From the human T2T-CHM13v2.0 reference genome, Homo sapiens, in the NCBI RefSeq assembly GCF_009914755.1, contig NC_060925.1: a stretch of 64,000 nt of DNA. One strand, 5' to 3'. The notes under the pieces were generated by a model. That model worked only from the letters and a program-made list of their open reading frames with translations. It was not told the DNA's origin and did no database searches. The position numbers and the translations under genes are program-made. Position 1 is the first letter of the stretch. Every line of letters starts with the position of its first letter. Shown here one piece after another: positions 11,533-30,743 of the stretch.

Positions 11533-13781
11533 GTTTGTTTATTTCAGAAGTTCTGGTACTAACATTTGGCAGAGCAAGGTACGGTGATTGGATCGAATCT
11601 GTCTTTTTTTTTTCTTGCAGTAAAATGTAATTTTTCGAGTCATAAATATTGTATTGTTACTTCAAGACTGGCTGAATAAAACCATAGACTGGAGGGACTC
11701 TACCTCCAGTCTATGGTAGAGTCCATAGACTGGTAGGACTGGAGTCCTACCTAAGTCGTTCTTCTCTTCGGTTTTATATAAGAAAAACATTTGCGTTCAG
11801 AGTTGTGTCTAATGTGGACATCTGGGAAGGGAGGTATGAAAACTTAACCTAAAGAAATGGTGACATAAGCTGTGCCTGCATTTATTAATAACGTGTTGGA
11901 GTCAGTCATTGTGCCACCATGTGAAATCAAAGCATCGAACCTTGACAGCTCTTTTGGGTGTGCTCTCCCAGAGGGCTCTCGTTTTCTGGCTTGTAGTTGA
12001 AGCTTAGTAGTGAGTCAGCTTTTTAGGATGACAAACGTGGGCAGAATATACCTGTCATTTCTTAACGTGAAAATATCCTGATTTTTGTTCTTTTTTTGGG
12101 GATGTGTGTTGGTGCTGTATATGAAATCAGTTAAGTTAAAAGGTATTGAATCCTAAGTTATTGCACTTTGTGAGGCTTGTAGACAAGATTTATTTTTGTG
12201 AAACTTAATTTTGCTCTCTCTTTTAATGTAATAGATGGACTGTGTCAAGCAACTATTAGAATTTGGTTGATTAAGGGGTTCACATTCTTTCAGATCACTA
12301 AATCTAAAGTGAGCTCTGGGGAGAGCATAGCCAAACTAGGATAAAATGGGAGCTCTAGTTACAATTTTTATAATTTTTATATTTGTACTCAAGAGTTTGG
12401 GAAAGTAGTTGACTTTTCTTAAACCTGCCATCTTTTCCTTGTTTCTTAAAATAATTCTTGAGTATGTGGGAAAAAAAATCATGTGCTTGAATTCATTTCC
12501 CATCTGATGATAGTTTTAACTTTTTGTCAAGCACCGAAAAAGCTTAGGTTCACGTGTAAGCCTACATTAAATATTTGGGAAAATGCACTGTTTTATGAGA
12601 ACTGGTTTTTCTTTTTTTCTCAACCTAGTTAATTCATTACTTGTGTGATGGTTCTTTGACTTTTGGATGAATTTTATGGAGTAGTTACTTCTAATATTGT
12701 TTCATGCCATTCTTTTGTAACTAAGTTAATTTGGAATTTTTGCCATTTTCGACTACTGTACTCCTGTATTTGTTTCTTTAATTTTGCACTTTGCTTGTTG
12801 TGACTTTAAGAAAACACTAATATGATCTGTGAAATATGTTACTGAAAAATTAACGGTGAAAGTAGTTTTCCTTGAAAATCTTATTTCGCATGGTATTTGT
12901 ATAACATATGAAATATATTGAAAAAATGTGTTAAGGCTGTTTTTAGAGCTGTTTCACAACAGCCACACATTAACATTACTTAGCTCTATTATTAATAGTA
13001 TCTGTCATGTACTAAGCAGTTTAAAAAATACATTTTGAATGGTCTAAAAGTTTAAAATAATATGACCACATTTTAGTTTAAAAACATTTACACAAAAATT
13101 CTCAGTAAATGGAGTTAAAATATGAAATTTGAATGAAAATACAGATATGTGCCTTTTATTCACATTTTTAACAGTCTGTATAAATAGTTTAAACAAGAAT
13201 TCTTAAATTTATGAAGCCCTTGGATATATATGCATATGTATTTAGCTATCTAAAACTATTGGGTTCCTGAGTTTGGAATGAGAGATTGGTTATTGTTCTG
13301 ATAGCAGGGGTGGTTTGTGAGCCATGCCCTGAGTTTTGGCTAGTAAGAGTCTGGATAGCAAGTGATACATGTGAGTCTGGATAGATTCCAATGCAGTTTT
13401 TGGAATCTATTCGGTTCCTGAGTTTTGGAAAACGAGAATTCAAATAGAGTTCAGGTGGCAAAGGATCCTTGTGTTATCTCTTTGTATTTCTGTGGTTATA
13501 TCAGTTGACATTTGCTTTAGCGTATTATTTGCTGTTGTTTACTATATCAGAAAAGAGTCTGTAGTAATAAACTTTCTTTTACTTTGAGCAAGGAAATACT
13601 TTTTAAATTAAGTGTATGTTTAAAATGTGGAAACAGAAAACATCAAATGTATAAACATTAACTTATTTAAAAATAATTCAGAAAAATAGCACTTTTACAG
13701 TTGGTACTAAGATCATATGTATTTTGGGTATGGGTCAGAACTTACCTAATTTAGAAGAAACAAATTGACAGTTTATCTTCA

Positions 13782-13786
<5 letters not shown>

Positions 13787-13819
<33 letters not shown>
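13787..13819. repeat. (GT)n microsatellite
   Basis: Read directly from the sequence. Confidence 0.95.
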
Positions 13820-13821
<2 letters not shown>

Positions 13822-13949
13822 GGGTACAGGATAGAGGGCTGAGGAATGTTACTTTAACTAATAAGTAATGGAAAATAAGTCATGGTCACCATTTCTTATT
13901 TGCAGTACTTAAGAGATACTTGTTTAGTTAGTATTTCTTTATTAATAGA

Positions 13950-14185
13950 TTAGTATAATAATTTGGTGTTTAAGTTCTGGAGTCAGACTGTATAGATTCA
14001 TACCCTAGCTTGCCACTGATTAGATTTATGATACTGAGAAATTTTAAAACTCTATATTGTTTCCTTTGTATCACAGTGGCATGTATCTACTTTACAGATT
14101 GTTTTATTGAAAGAGATAGTACATGCAAAGCACTCAACATAGTTCCTGGCATTTAGTAAATGATCAATAAATGTTAACTATTATT
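13950..14185 (+). mobile_element. MIR relic
   Basis: tctggagtcagactg ... acatgcaaagcactcaacatagttcctggcatttagtaaatgatcaataaatgtta. Confidence 0.7.
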
Positions 14186-14329
14186 ATCATCAGTGATTAT
14201 AATTGTAATGGAATATTTTTATTCGGAATCTACTTTCCTTTAAATACTGTATATTTTCTGAAAAGTAGGGTACAGTTTGATTAATATTTAGAAGTATACT
14301 AGGATCTTATTGTCTAAAGGAACATTTTA

Positions 14330-15450
14330 TAACCAAACTGGTTGGCAACAAATGTATGCCTACTGTGGCAGGCCCCGCTTTCATGAAACTTTCCATCTAG
14401 GGAGAGATGATGGGCATTAAATAAATAATTTTGTTTTTGAGGTGTGATGAATGTTACGAAGTTGTACTCAGTGCTTTCAGAGCAAGGAATGTGTGACCTA
14501 GTCTATAGAGTTGGGGGTGGAGGGGCAGTGGGAATAAGGAAGACTTCATTGAGAAAGTGTGCCTCAGAAACGTAGAATGAGTAGGAGATTGCTTAATGAA
14601 GTGGAATTGGAGGTTGAGGGGAGGTTGAGGGTCAAAGCAGAAGACACAACATGTGTGAGAGCCCTAAGGAAAAAAAGCTTGGCATCACTAAGAATCTGAG
14701 AAATGTTAAGTATGGCTGTTGCAGAGGGTGTGGGTCTAGGTGATGAGACTAGATGAGAGGTCAGGTTTGGCCTGCTTACAAGTTTTTTGGCCTCCTTATT
14801 GTTGTTACAAAAGTTTGAATTAGTTGTCAGCATTCACAGATCAGGAGATTTCATGTTAAAGTCTGGATTTCTGATCTTTCTTGAAAAATTAGAGGTTATG
14901 GCAACATCCAGTGTATTTTCAGATGGTAATATTCAAGCCACAACCCAGTAGCAGCTGCTCCCTTGGGAGGGGGACGGGGGCGGGCATGTGCCACTCAGAG
15001 TGCGAAATAAGTAAATACAAATCAATCAATATTTAACCTGGTTGTTGTTGAGTTTGCAAATTCTAGTCAGGATTCTAGAGAGTTTGTAGTTAAATATTTT
15101 GGTTTTTATCATAAATACTAAGAGAAGTTATTGAAGGATTGTAATAAAAGCAAGGGAATGACATGATCATTTTAAATTAAAAAAATTAAATAATCACTTT
15201 GGTTGCAATGATTACTTACTGGATGGTAAGAAGCAGGAGGATAACAAGTTAAGAGGGGCTGGGTCACAGAGGATATATTGGCTTAGATCGCAGTGGTGAT
15301 AGTGGAGAATGAGATAAATTAGTGGAGAAAAGTGGTTGAGTCAAGAGGTGTTAAACTATTAAGTTTCACAGAAAATGGTGGTTGGTTAAATATGGGGCCA
15401 AAATAGAAAGAAAAGTGAGTCCAAGATAATGTCTAGGTTTCTGGGTGACA
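14330..15450 (-). mobile_element. L2 relic interrupted by a MER102-like DNA transposon (~14826-15068)
   Basis: Purine-rich L2 motifs, plus MER102-like gatttcatgttaaagtctggatttctgatctttcttgaaaaattagagg. Confidence 0.5.
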
Positions 15451-16536
15451 TGGCCATGGATTAGTAAGAAATACATACTATATTTAATTAATGCCCTAAT
15501 TTATAGATAATAGTGGTATTACATGAATTTAGTATATTTTCATGAGGAAACCTATATGTTCCCTTCTATTAAGTAGTTCATAAATAATCCAGAATTTTCA
15601 AACACTGTAGATACACTTTATAGATGATAAGGATATATCAAATGTGTAGTTTGGTGTTGATTATGGTTATTTATAGTATCTATGATTTTGCAGTACCCAA
15701 AACCAGAAGTTGTTATAATATACATGTTGTTATACGCTAATATACATAAAGTAATATACGTAAGTATACTTTGTGTACATAATAGATCTCAATAATTAAA
15801 AACTTTTTTTTTTAAAACTGACATTTGTTTTATATAATGGCATTTTATAGATGGGCTTTGTGAGTTAAAAAAAAAAAAACCCAGCTTATGAGCTGTTTAT
15901 CTGAATAGCTAATAAGTTTCACCCTCCAGTCAGAACTTTGTTAGTCTGAATTGAATACTTGAGGGTCAGGTATATGTTTACCTTTGATACTTTCCTCAAA
16001 GGCATTGGAGTTATAAATAAGGCTGCATCTTAGTTCTACTAACTAGCTGTGTGGCATTGTGCTAGACGTAATCACTCAAACCTGTGCGCTGTCCAGTACC
16101 ATAGCCACTAGTTATATATGACTATTGCACTTAAAATGTGGCTAGTCCAGGCTGCAGTGTGCTTTAGTGAGTTTCTCAAGTTCTTCATGTTATGATTCGT
16201 GTTTTTTTTTTGCTTGATTCAGTTTTGTTACAAGAGTAGAGATTTCAAATCTCACTATTGCAATTTTAATTTTCTTGTCATCTTTCTTTGTCTCATCCCT
16301 CTTCTGGACCTTTTTTTTCTATCCTGTTTTTTATTTAGGGCTTTCTGCTCCTGTTTGGGCGACGTCACATTGTTTTATGCACTAATATTAAAGTCTGCTG
16401 GATGTTCCATTTCCCTTATAAATTGCTCATGGTTATTTTTCCCACTTCCCTTTACTCAGACATGAATTATTGTGAGGTTTGTTTGTATTTGACGTTTGTC
16501 AACAACAGACTGGTGTAGATGCCTTTGCTGCATTTG

Positions 16537-16846
16537 TTTTTTTTTTTTTTTTTTTGGGTACATTCTGTGGTCCAGGCTGGAGTGCAGTGGCACAATTACA
16601 GTTCACTATAGTCTCAAACTCCTATGCTGAAGTGATCCTCCTGTCTTAGCCTTCTGAGTAGCTGAAACTATGGGCATGAGTTGGGACTACAGGTGTGAAC
16701 AACCATGCTAGGTTAAGTTTTAATTTTTGTAGAGATAGGGTCTTACTTGTTGCCCAGGCTGGTCTCAAACTCCTGTGTTCAAGTAATCCTTTTACCTTGG
16801 CCTCCCAAAGTGTTCGGATTACAGGTGTTAGCCACTGCACCCAACC
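16537..16846 (-). mobile_element. AluJ
   Basis: Poly-T plus a diverged antisense Alu dimer. Confidence 0.88.
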
Positions 16847-17103
16847 GAATCTTATTTTTATCGATATGGATACTTTCAAATTGGAGCTCATGCCTAAGAT
16901 TGGAAAGTTGGTAATGCAGAAGCTAAGTATCTTCTAGAAATCAGTAGTACATGGTAAACATTAATTGATTTTTTTTTTAAGTGAAAGCAAGTTTATTAGA
17001 GGAGGAAAGAAACAAAGGATTATAGGCAGAGCAGCCAATTTATTTTTAACTGGGCAAATGTTTTGTTTACTATTGTTTGAAAATTATAGAATATTTAACT
17101 TAT

Positions 17104-17356
17104 GTGGGAGGTGGAGGTGGGAGGATTGATTGATTGAGGCCAGGAGTTTGAGACTAGCCTGGGCAACATAGTGAGACCCTGTCACTGCACATACTCGCAC
17201 ATGCACACAGCTGGGCATGGTGGTTGGTGCCTGCCTGTAGTCGGAGGCTGAGGTGGGAGGATCACTTGAGCCCAGGAGTTCGAGGGTGTAGTTAGCTATG
17301 ATTGTGTCCCTGCATTCCAGCCTGAGAGACAGAGGCTCTGCCTCTTTAAAAAAAAT
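17104..17356 (+). mobile_element. AluJ (5'-truncated)
   Basis: gggaggtggaggtgggagg...ccaggagtttgagactagcctgggcaacatag ... A-tail. Confidence 0.85.
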
Positions 17357-18941
17357 TAACTTCTGGTTTGGGCTGACTCCACATATTTCTTGGATAGGAA
17401 AATCATATTGCTACTTTTATTTTCCCTAGTTGTGCAAATTCTGTCAGAAAAGTTTATTTTCACTGCTATTGAATTTTTGCTAGAACTTTATTCCTGTTAA
17501 AACATGGTTGTAATGAAGTCTGCACTGGAGTTTTATTTTCAGATTGGGTATTAGGATTTGTCATTAAAAAAAAAATCTCCTTCAAAGGGCATTCTTTCCA
17601 ATGATCTGTTTTTGAATTTAATGTAGTCCAGAAGGAAGGCATCATTATATATTAGAAAGAACATTGGACTCAGTGTTAAGAGACAGGGGCTTTAGTTTCA
17701 CCATTGTCCTTGGTTGTTGAAGTATATTTAGATATGCTATTCAACTTCTCTGTGCCTCGATGTTCTTATTTATGAAATGAGGGAATTGATTGAATCTTTA
17801 AAGATTTTTTTCTAGCTCATGCATATGAAATACAAGTAATTTTATGAAGTAGGGAACTGAAGAGTGTGCAGTAATTTAGTTCATACATCTCAAATATTAC
17901 AAAGATAAAATGTATTCTAAAGGAATTAGTGTCTTTTTTGTATATAAAAATTAGTTTAAAATCACTTTGGAAATGACTAAAATTTATTTACATAATATTA
18001 TTATTTACATAATGAAATCTATACCGATTTAAAATGTGAAAATGAACGAAATGACTTTTATACATTCTTGTTTCTTGTTAGTTTTAAAGTATAGTTTATT
18101 GAGCATTTGATATGCCAGCCTGAATGTAGTGGGTATATTTACAAAATTGTTTTCAGGTGTCATTTCTTGAGCCCAGTTATCAATTACACGTCTTCACCTG
18201 TTACCTGAGACTTTAGGATAGATTCTGTGGAATACAGTCCTTGACTGAGGCCTCAGACCCTTTGAAGGCTCTTACTACTCCTGTGGCACAATTTTCTTTG
18301 ATTTAAGGCTATAATTTCCTTTTTTAAAAAAATTTATTTTAATTTTTTAACAAAACACACCTCTCATGGGAAGGACTATAATTTCCTAACCTTAATATTG
18401 AGAGATTCCACTGAAAGTGTTCTCTCCTGTTCTCCATATCTTAAGAACAACTTTTGGGACAAGTTATACAAATAGTTTTTTTAAAAAAAGAGGAAATTAA
18501 GTAATCTGGAGATTACAAAGAACACAGGTGTTGTTTTTCCTTTTGACTTTTTAAAAAAATATTTATATAATCAACCTGTTATGTAGCTCTCTTGGCCTCC
18601 CCTTAGTGATGTTGATATTACCATTAAAAAATATTAGTCACAATCATTTGTTCAGCAAGTGTTTTGAGTGTTTATTATGTACCAGGCATTTTGCTAAATA
18701 TTGGAGATTATTAATGAATGTTACAGAAGATTAATTTTGACTATTGAAAAATTCAGATCTTAGACTCACGTCTTGATATTTTTCTTAAAGCATATTATTA
18801 TGTTTGGAGCCAGATTCCAGGGGTCTTAGAGATAACTTTCCACCTATGGGAGGTTCTGGTACAGGCATTTAGGTCATTGGCATTTTTTAAGAGTTCAGAT
18901 AAGTTATTCTATCTCTCCCCATTTTTGTTTTCTTTTTCTAA

Positions 18942-19264
<323 letters not shown>

Positions 19265-19303
19265 TAATTTATGTATTTCTAATATACGGTCTGGGTTATC
19301 TGG

Positions 19304-19644
19304 TATAAGGAAGATGGATGCTGCGGTCAAGAATAGGTCGAGGCAGACATCCGGTCCAGCGTGACTCAGTGAGTTTGGAGTGCAGGCATACAGCTCCGCT
19401 TATTATGTAACCATGTCATGTGAGGCGCATTAGGTGATCACCCGTGTGAGTGTGTGCTTGGCTTGGAGCCACTATGGTCTGTGAAAGGTCTAATTACCCT
19501 GCTAACGTGGTACAAAAGGCTCGCGCCAAGGCTCGCTCACGCCCAGAGAGTAAAGCCATGTTGAAACTATGATTCCTCTAGTGTTTTTCCAACTACCTGC
19601 CACTCACCCACCAACTCTCCTCAGACCTCAGTTACAGCCTGACA
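19304..19644 (+). mobile_element. Solo LTR, LTR18A/B family (ERVL)
   Basis: 341 bp, T(A)TAAGGAA...CCTGACA, flanked by the 5-bp TSD TCTGG (19299-19303, 19645-19649). Internal gaataggtcgaggcagacatccggtccagcgtgactcagtgagtttggag resembles the LTR18 consensus. Confidence 0.8.
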
Positions 19645-19756
19645 TCTGGAAAAAAGAGACAAATATTTTGAAGCGTTTTGGTAAGGAATCAGGCTCTGGC
19701 ATCTGAAAAGAATTCCTAACATTGTGTGAAGTTGAGATCTGGTACCTTTGTATGTA

Positions 19757-20102
19757 CAGTTGGCCCTCTGTATCCATAGGTTCCACATGTGTGGATTCAA
19801 CCAACTGCAGGTTGAAAATATTCAGAAAAAGTTAAAGATGATTGTGTCTGTACTGAACATGTACAGACTATTTTTTCTTGTCATTATTTCCTGAACAATA
19901 CAGTATAATCACTATTTACATTGCATTTACATTATATTAGGTATTATAAGTAAGCTAGAGTTAATTTTAAGTACAGGAGAGGTTGTACATGGGTTATATG
20001 CAAATACTACAGTATTTTATATAAGAGACTTAAGCATTTGTGGATTTTGGTTTCCAAGGGAGGTCCTGGAACCAATTCCTCATGGATATCAAGGAACAAC
20101 TG
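19757..20102 (-). mobile_element. MER2-family (TcMar-Tigger) MITE
   Basis: TIRs CAGTTGGCCCTCTGTATCC ... GGATATCAAGGAACAACTG, TA target on the left, MER2 internal sequence. Confidence 0.88.
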
Positions 20103-20885
20103 TGTTTATATTTAGCCATATATACATAAACATATTTACATATGGCTATATATGGTTATATCTGTATGTTTATAATGTTATACATGCATACATGACTTTT
20201 TTCCAATTAGTTGGCAGTCAGGTGGCATCTGATACAAAGTTTGTATGTGTTTGGTGTGTATCTGTTAAATATAATAAATGAGGATTATTTTCTATTAATT
20301 TGTGTTGTCATTAATAAATATGTTTTCATGACCTAGATTTTTTTCTCTCTACATAAAAAGATTGGTAACACCCTGAGTAAGGTGAACATTGAGCCTCTGG
20401 CTCTTCTTCAGTGCCGTTGGTGTAAATGTAAATTAATAGAATTTTCATAAAGAGCAACTTATTTATATCAACTAACTTATAGTGCATATTCTTTGATTCA
20501 GCAATCCTTCTAGGGATTTATCCTTGGGAAATTTTCACAAAGAAGTGTTCAAATCACTTCTTTCACAAATCCGTGTGAAACTGAAGTTTCACAAATCAGT
20601 GCACAAAGAAGTGTTCAAGAATGTCCCCTGAAGCTATAACATGACATATTGTAAGTGACCTAGATGTCTGTCAGCAGGGTATTAGTTAAATAAATGATAT
20701 ATCCCATCCCAATATATACAAAGGGTTTCTTTGTTTTTGTTTTTGTTCGTTTTGTTTCTGGTGCTGTGAATCTTTCTGGTTACTCCCAAAAGCACCACAC
20801 TATTTTAATTTCATAGTTTTATAATAGTATGCTTTCATATCTGGTAGGTTAAGTTTAATGTATCATTCTTATTTTAAAAGTTATT

Positions 20886-21190
<305 letters not shown>

Positions 21191-21299
21191 TTATAAGTGT
21201 ACATGAAAAGTCTTAGTGGATAATATTACTGAATGTCAGTGTAACTACTAGTTAGCTTTGTCAAATCCTAACATTTTCTTATTTTGGCTGGATTACCCT

Positions 21300-27840
<6,541 letters not shown>

Positions 27841-28766
27841 ATTGACTTCCATAAGTATTTTAGAATCAGGTTATGAAGATACCATCCTTATGCTTTCAAG
27901 TTTTGCTTTAGTGCTTCCTGTTGGTGGTACCTAGTAGGGAACCAGCTGACAAAAGAAAGATGTAATTTGCAGAGTCTAAGCCCCAGCATCATGAAGCATA
28001 GACGACGGAATTTGGAATTATATAGAAGAGTGGATTTGGAATTGAAAATTTTGGTTTACTTACTGATGCTGTCTGGCTGTCTGAATTTTAGCGTATGAAC
28101 TTTGATTAGGTCTTGATAAGCAGTCAGTGGAACAGCCTATGAGGGACCTCTTCCTTGTAGAATTAGAATTGAATAGCCAGCAGCTCACCTCAGACAAAAT
28201 GGATGCCTGTTGAAATGGGCCTTTTCTCAGTAGAGCCCTGCAGAATTTTATGACTTGTGCAGTCTGAGGTTTTGCCCCAGGTAGATGAGCAGGAGGGCAT
28301 CTTTCCAGTAGTAACAGAGACAAGCTCTCTTCACCTGTGCTGGAGGATATACCAGTTCTCAAATCAGACATGTGATAGACTTGCCAAGAGAAGAACCTAT
28401 ATAGGTGAGTTCCTTGCTAAGTTCCAGGTCTCTTCCTAGATTCCTGACAGTGCCTTCTATCTGAATGTGTAGTAGTAATTATGGTCTGGTTGACTGCCTT
28501 CCTGCATTCCACCCTATTCTCATCTACACCATATTCAGAGTAACTTGGAGTGTTAATCATATAGGTAGGATCCTTCTCTATTTTTCACGGATGTTGTGAT
28601 GGATCAAAGTTTTATGTTCTGTATTGTTTGACTTGCCTTAGCAAGAATTGAGGGGGTGGGGTGATGAGTTAAAGGCATGTGCTTAAATTTTATTCCCAGA
28701 ATACTTTTCCATTTGTATTACAAATAATTACAGGAGAGGAATCCTGGATACAGACAGTAGACAGCA

Positions 28767-28845
28767 ACTGTAACACATGCAGAAAAGGTATTTATTGGAA
28801 GGATGTTAGACTGTAACACATGCAGAAAAGGTATTTATTGGAAGG
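28767..28845. repeat. Tandem duplication: 36-bp perfect unit, 43-bp period
   Basis: ACTGTAACACATGCAGAAAAGGTATTTATTGGAAGG at 28767-28802 and 28810-28845. Confidence 0.95.
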
Positions 28846-29758
28846 TTATTAGGTTGCTTCAGAATTGACATAAAAGTCTGAAGAACTAGGTTTAGTAAAT
28901 AGGCATTAAGTGAAGCCAGATACACAGAACCACTGTCAGTGCTGCTGATTAATGAGCATTGGTTATGGCATTGCTACCTCTGGATACTGGATGTGTCTGC
29001 TTCCAGAGTGATTTCTTAAATTGAGTCCTTGTTTCTTTACAGGTATATAGTACCAGCCATAGCATCTCATTGCTTACACATAGGTGATAGGCAATACCCT
29101 TGCTGCTAGATGTTAGGAAGATTAAGTATCTTGAATTTTTCTGACTTCTGTAGGAAGAGGAGGGATTCTGTTACCATTATACTAATTAATTCCTGAATGT
29201 TTTGGCAGCTTAAGCAACATAAAGGAAACCAAAAGGAATCCTACATTTTATTACAGTGACTTAAAATAAAATAAGGGGATGAAGTTTTTATTTGTGCTGT
29301 GCTATTTAGAAATGTAGATATAAATAGACTTTCTAGACTCTATCCTTTCAGCACTTTCTGTTCAGGGGTTTAAAGTAGGGGTTGGTACTGTTCACCTGAG
29401 AGGCAGCTTGGAAACATGGGGACATTTTTTGGTTGTTAGAATGATGGGGATGAGGGCACTATTGCATTTAATTATATGTGGGCTGGGTATGCTAAACATC
29501 CCATGGTGCCTTGGTGGTTGTGCACAATAAATAATTGAATTATCCTCCTCATAATGCCAGTAGTGCATTTAAGAAAAACCAGGTTATATGGCTATCTTGG
29601 TGAAGGACTAAAAGTTATTACTAGCTTCCTTTGCTTCACTGTCTGCACCCTCTGGCTGAGGATTATTTCTCATTTCGTTGCTTTGCTGTTTTCTTTCCTT
29701 AGTTCAAGGGACTTGATTCCTTTCAAGCTCCAAAAATGTTATTTTTAAACTCTGGCTT

Positions 29759-30020
29759 TGGCTCGGCTCAGTGGCTCATCCCTGTCTCTAGAGTCCCTGT
29801 TTCTAGAGACCCTGTCTCTAGAGTCCCTGTTTCTAGAGACCCTGTCTCTAGAAAAAAATAAAAAAATTAGCCAGATGTGGTGGCACACACCTATATTTCC
29901 ACGTAATCGGGAGGATCATTGAAGCAGGAGGCTGTAGGGAGCTATGATTGTGCCACTGTACTCCCACCTGAGTGATAGAGTGAGACCCTATCTCTAAAAA
30001 GAAAACAAACAAACAAAAAC
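29759..30020 (+). mobile_element. AluJ with its left arm replaced by a 15-bp minisatellite
   Basis: ggctcagtggctca, then (CCCTGTYTCTAGAGW)n, then the middle A-tract, right arm and A-rich tail. Confidence 0.8.
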
Positions 30021-30024
30021 TGTG

Positions 30025-30425
30025 AAAAGGTGCCCGGTAGCATGGGAGAAAATATTTGCAAATCATATATCTGATAAGGCATTAATATCCAGAATATATA
30101 AAGAACTCCTACAACTCAACAACAACAACAAAAAACCTGGTTTAAAAATGGGCAAAGGACTTGAAAAGATATTTTTCCAAAGAAGATGTATAAATAGCCA
30201 ATAAACACATGAAAAGATGCTCAACACCACTAATCATTAGGGAAATATAAAGCAAAACCACAATAAGATAACCCTTCACATCTATTAGGATGGCTGTTGT
30301 AAAAAAAAAAAAAAAAAACAAAGTAACAGGTGTTGGAGTGGATATGGAAAAATTGGAAACCTTGTGCATTGCTGAGGGGAATGTAAAATGGTGTAGCTGC
30401 TGTAGAAAACAGTATGGTGTGTTCC
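30025..30425 (+). mobile_element. L1M ORF2 3' fragment
   Basis: Translates WEKIFANHISDKALISRIYKELLQLN, an ORF2p C-terminal motif. Confidence 0.85.
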
Positions 30426-30743
30426 TTTCAGCAGTCTTTGTGTAGCCAGTAGTTGTGATTCTAATAAAAGTAGCAGTTGGTTTGGGACTGATAGTGATTG
30501 TTATGATTTCAATTGGGTGGTGCTGACAGTATGTGGTTCTTGGTATCTGTGAGGACAAACCGCATAAGCTATCTCATTTCTATCTTACATGAGTGGTGTG
30601 GATCATTCCGTATCAGTAGGTTCACTAATGCAAATAAAGTACATTTAAAACAATGTAAAAGGTAGTAGTAAATGCAAAAGTATGGAGGTAAAGGTGTACC
30701 ATTAGTTTTTGGGCTTCAAGGCTTGGAACTCAGGGTTGGCAGC

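Noticed and set aside
11533-11587. ORF-track extension of exon 1 (FVYFRSSGTNIWQSKVR), and similar tails after exons 2 and 3
   Set aside because: Intron read-through past the splice donors, not part of the canonical protein.
15708-15785. AT-rich quasi-repeats (aatatac, gttgttata)
   Set aside because: Low-complexity sequence without a clear unit or long perfect stems.
29780-29852. Palindromic short repeats superficially like a CRISPR array
   Set aside because: No unique spacers, Alu-derived, eukaryotic context and no cas genes.
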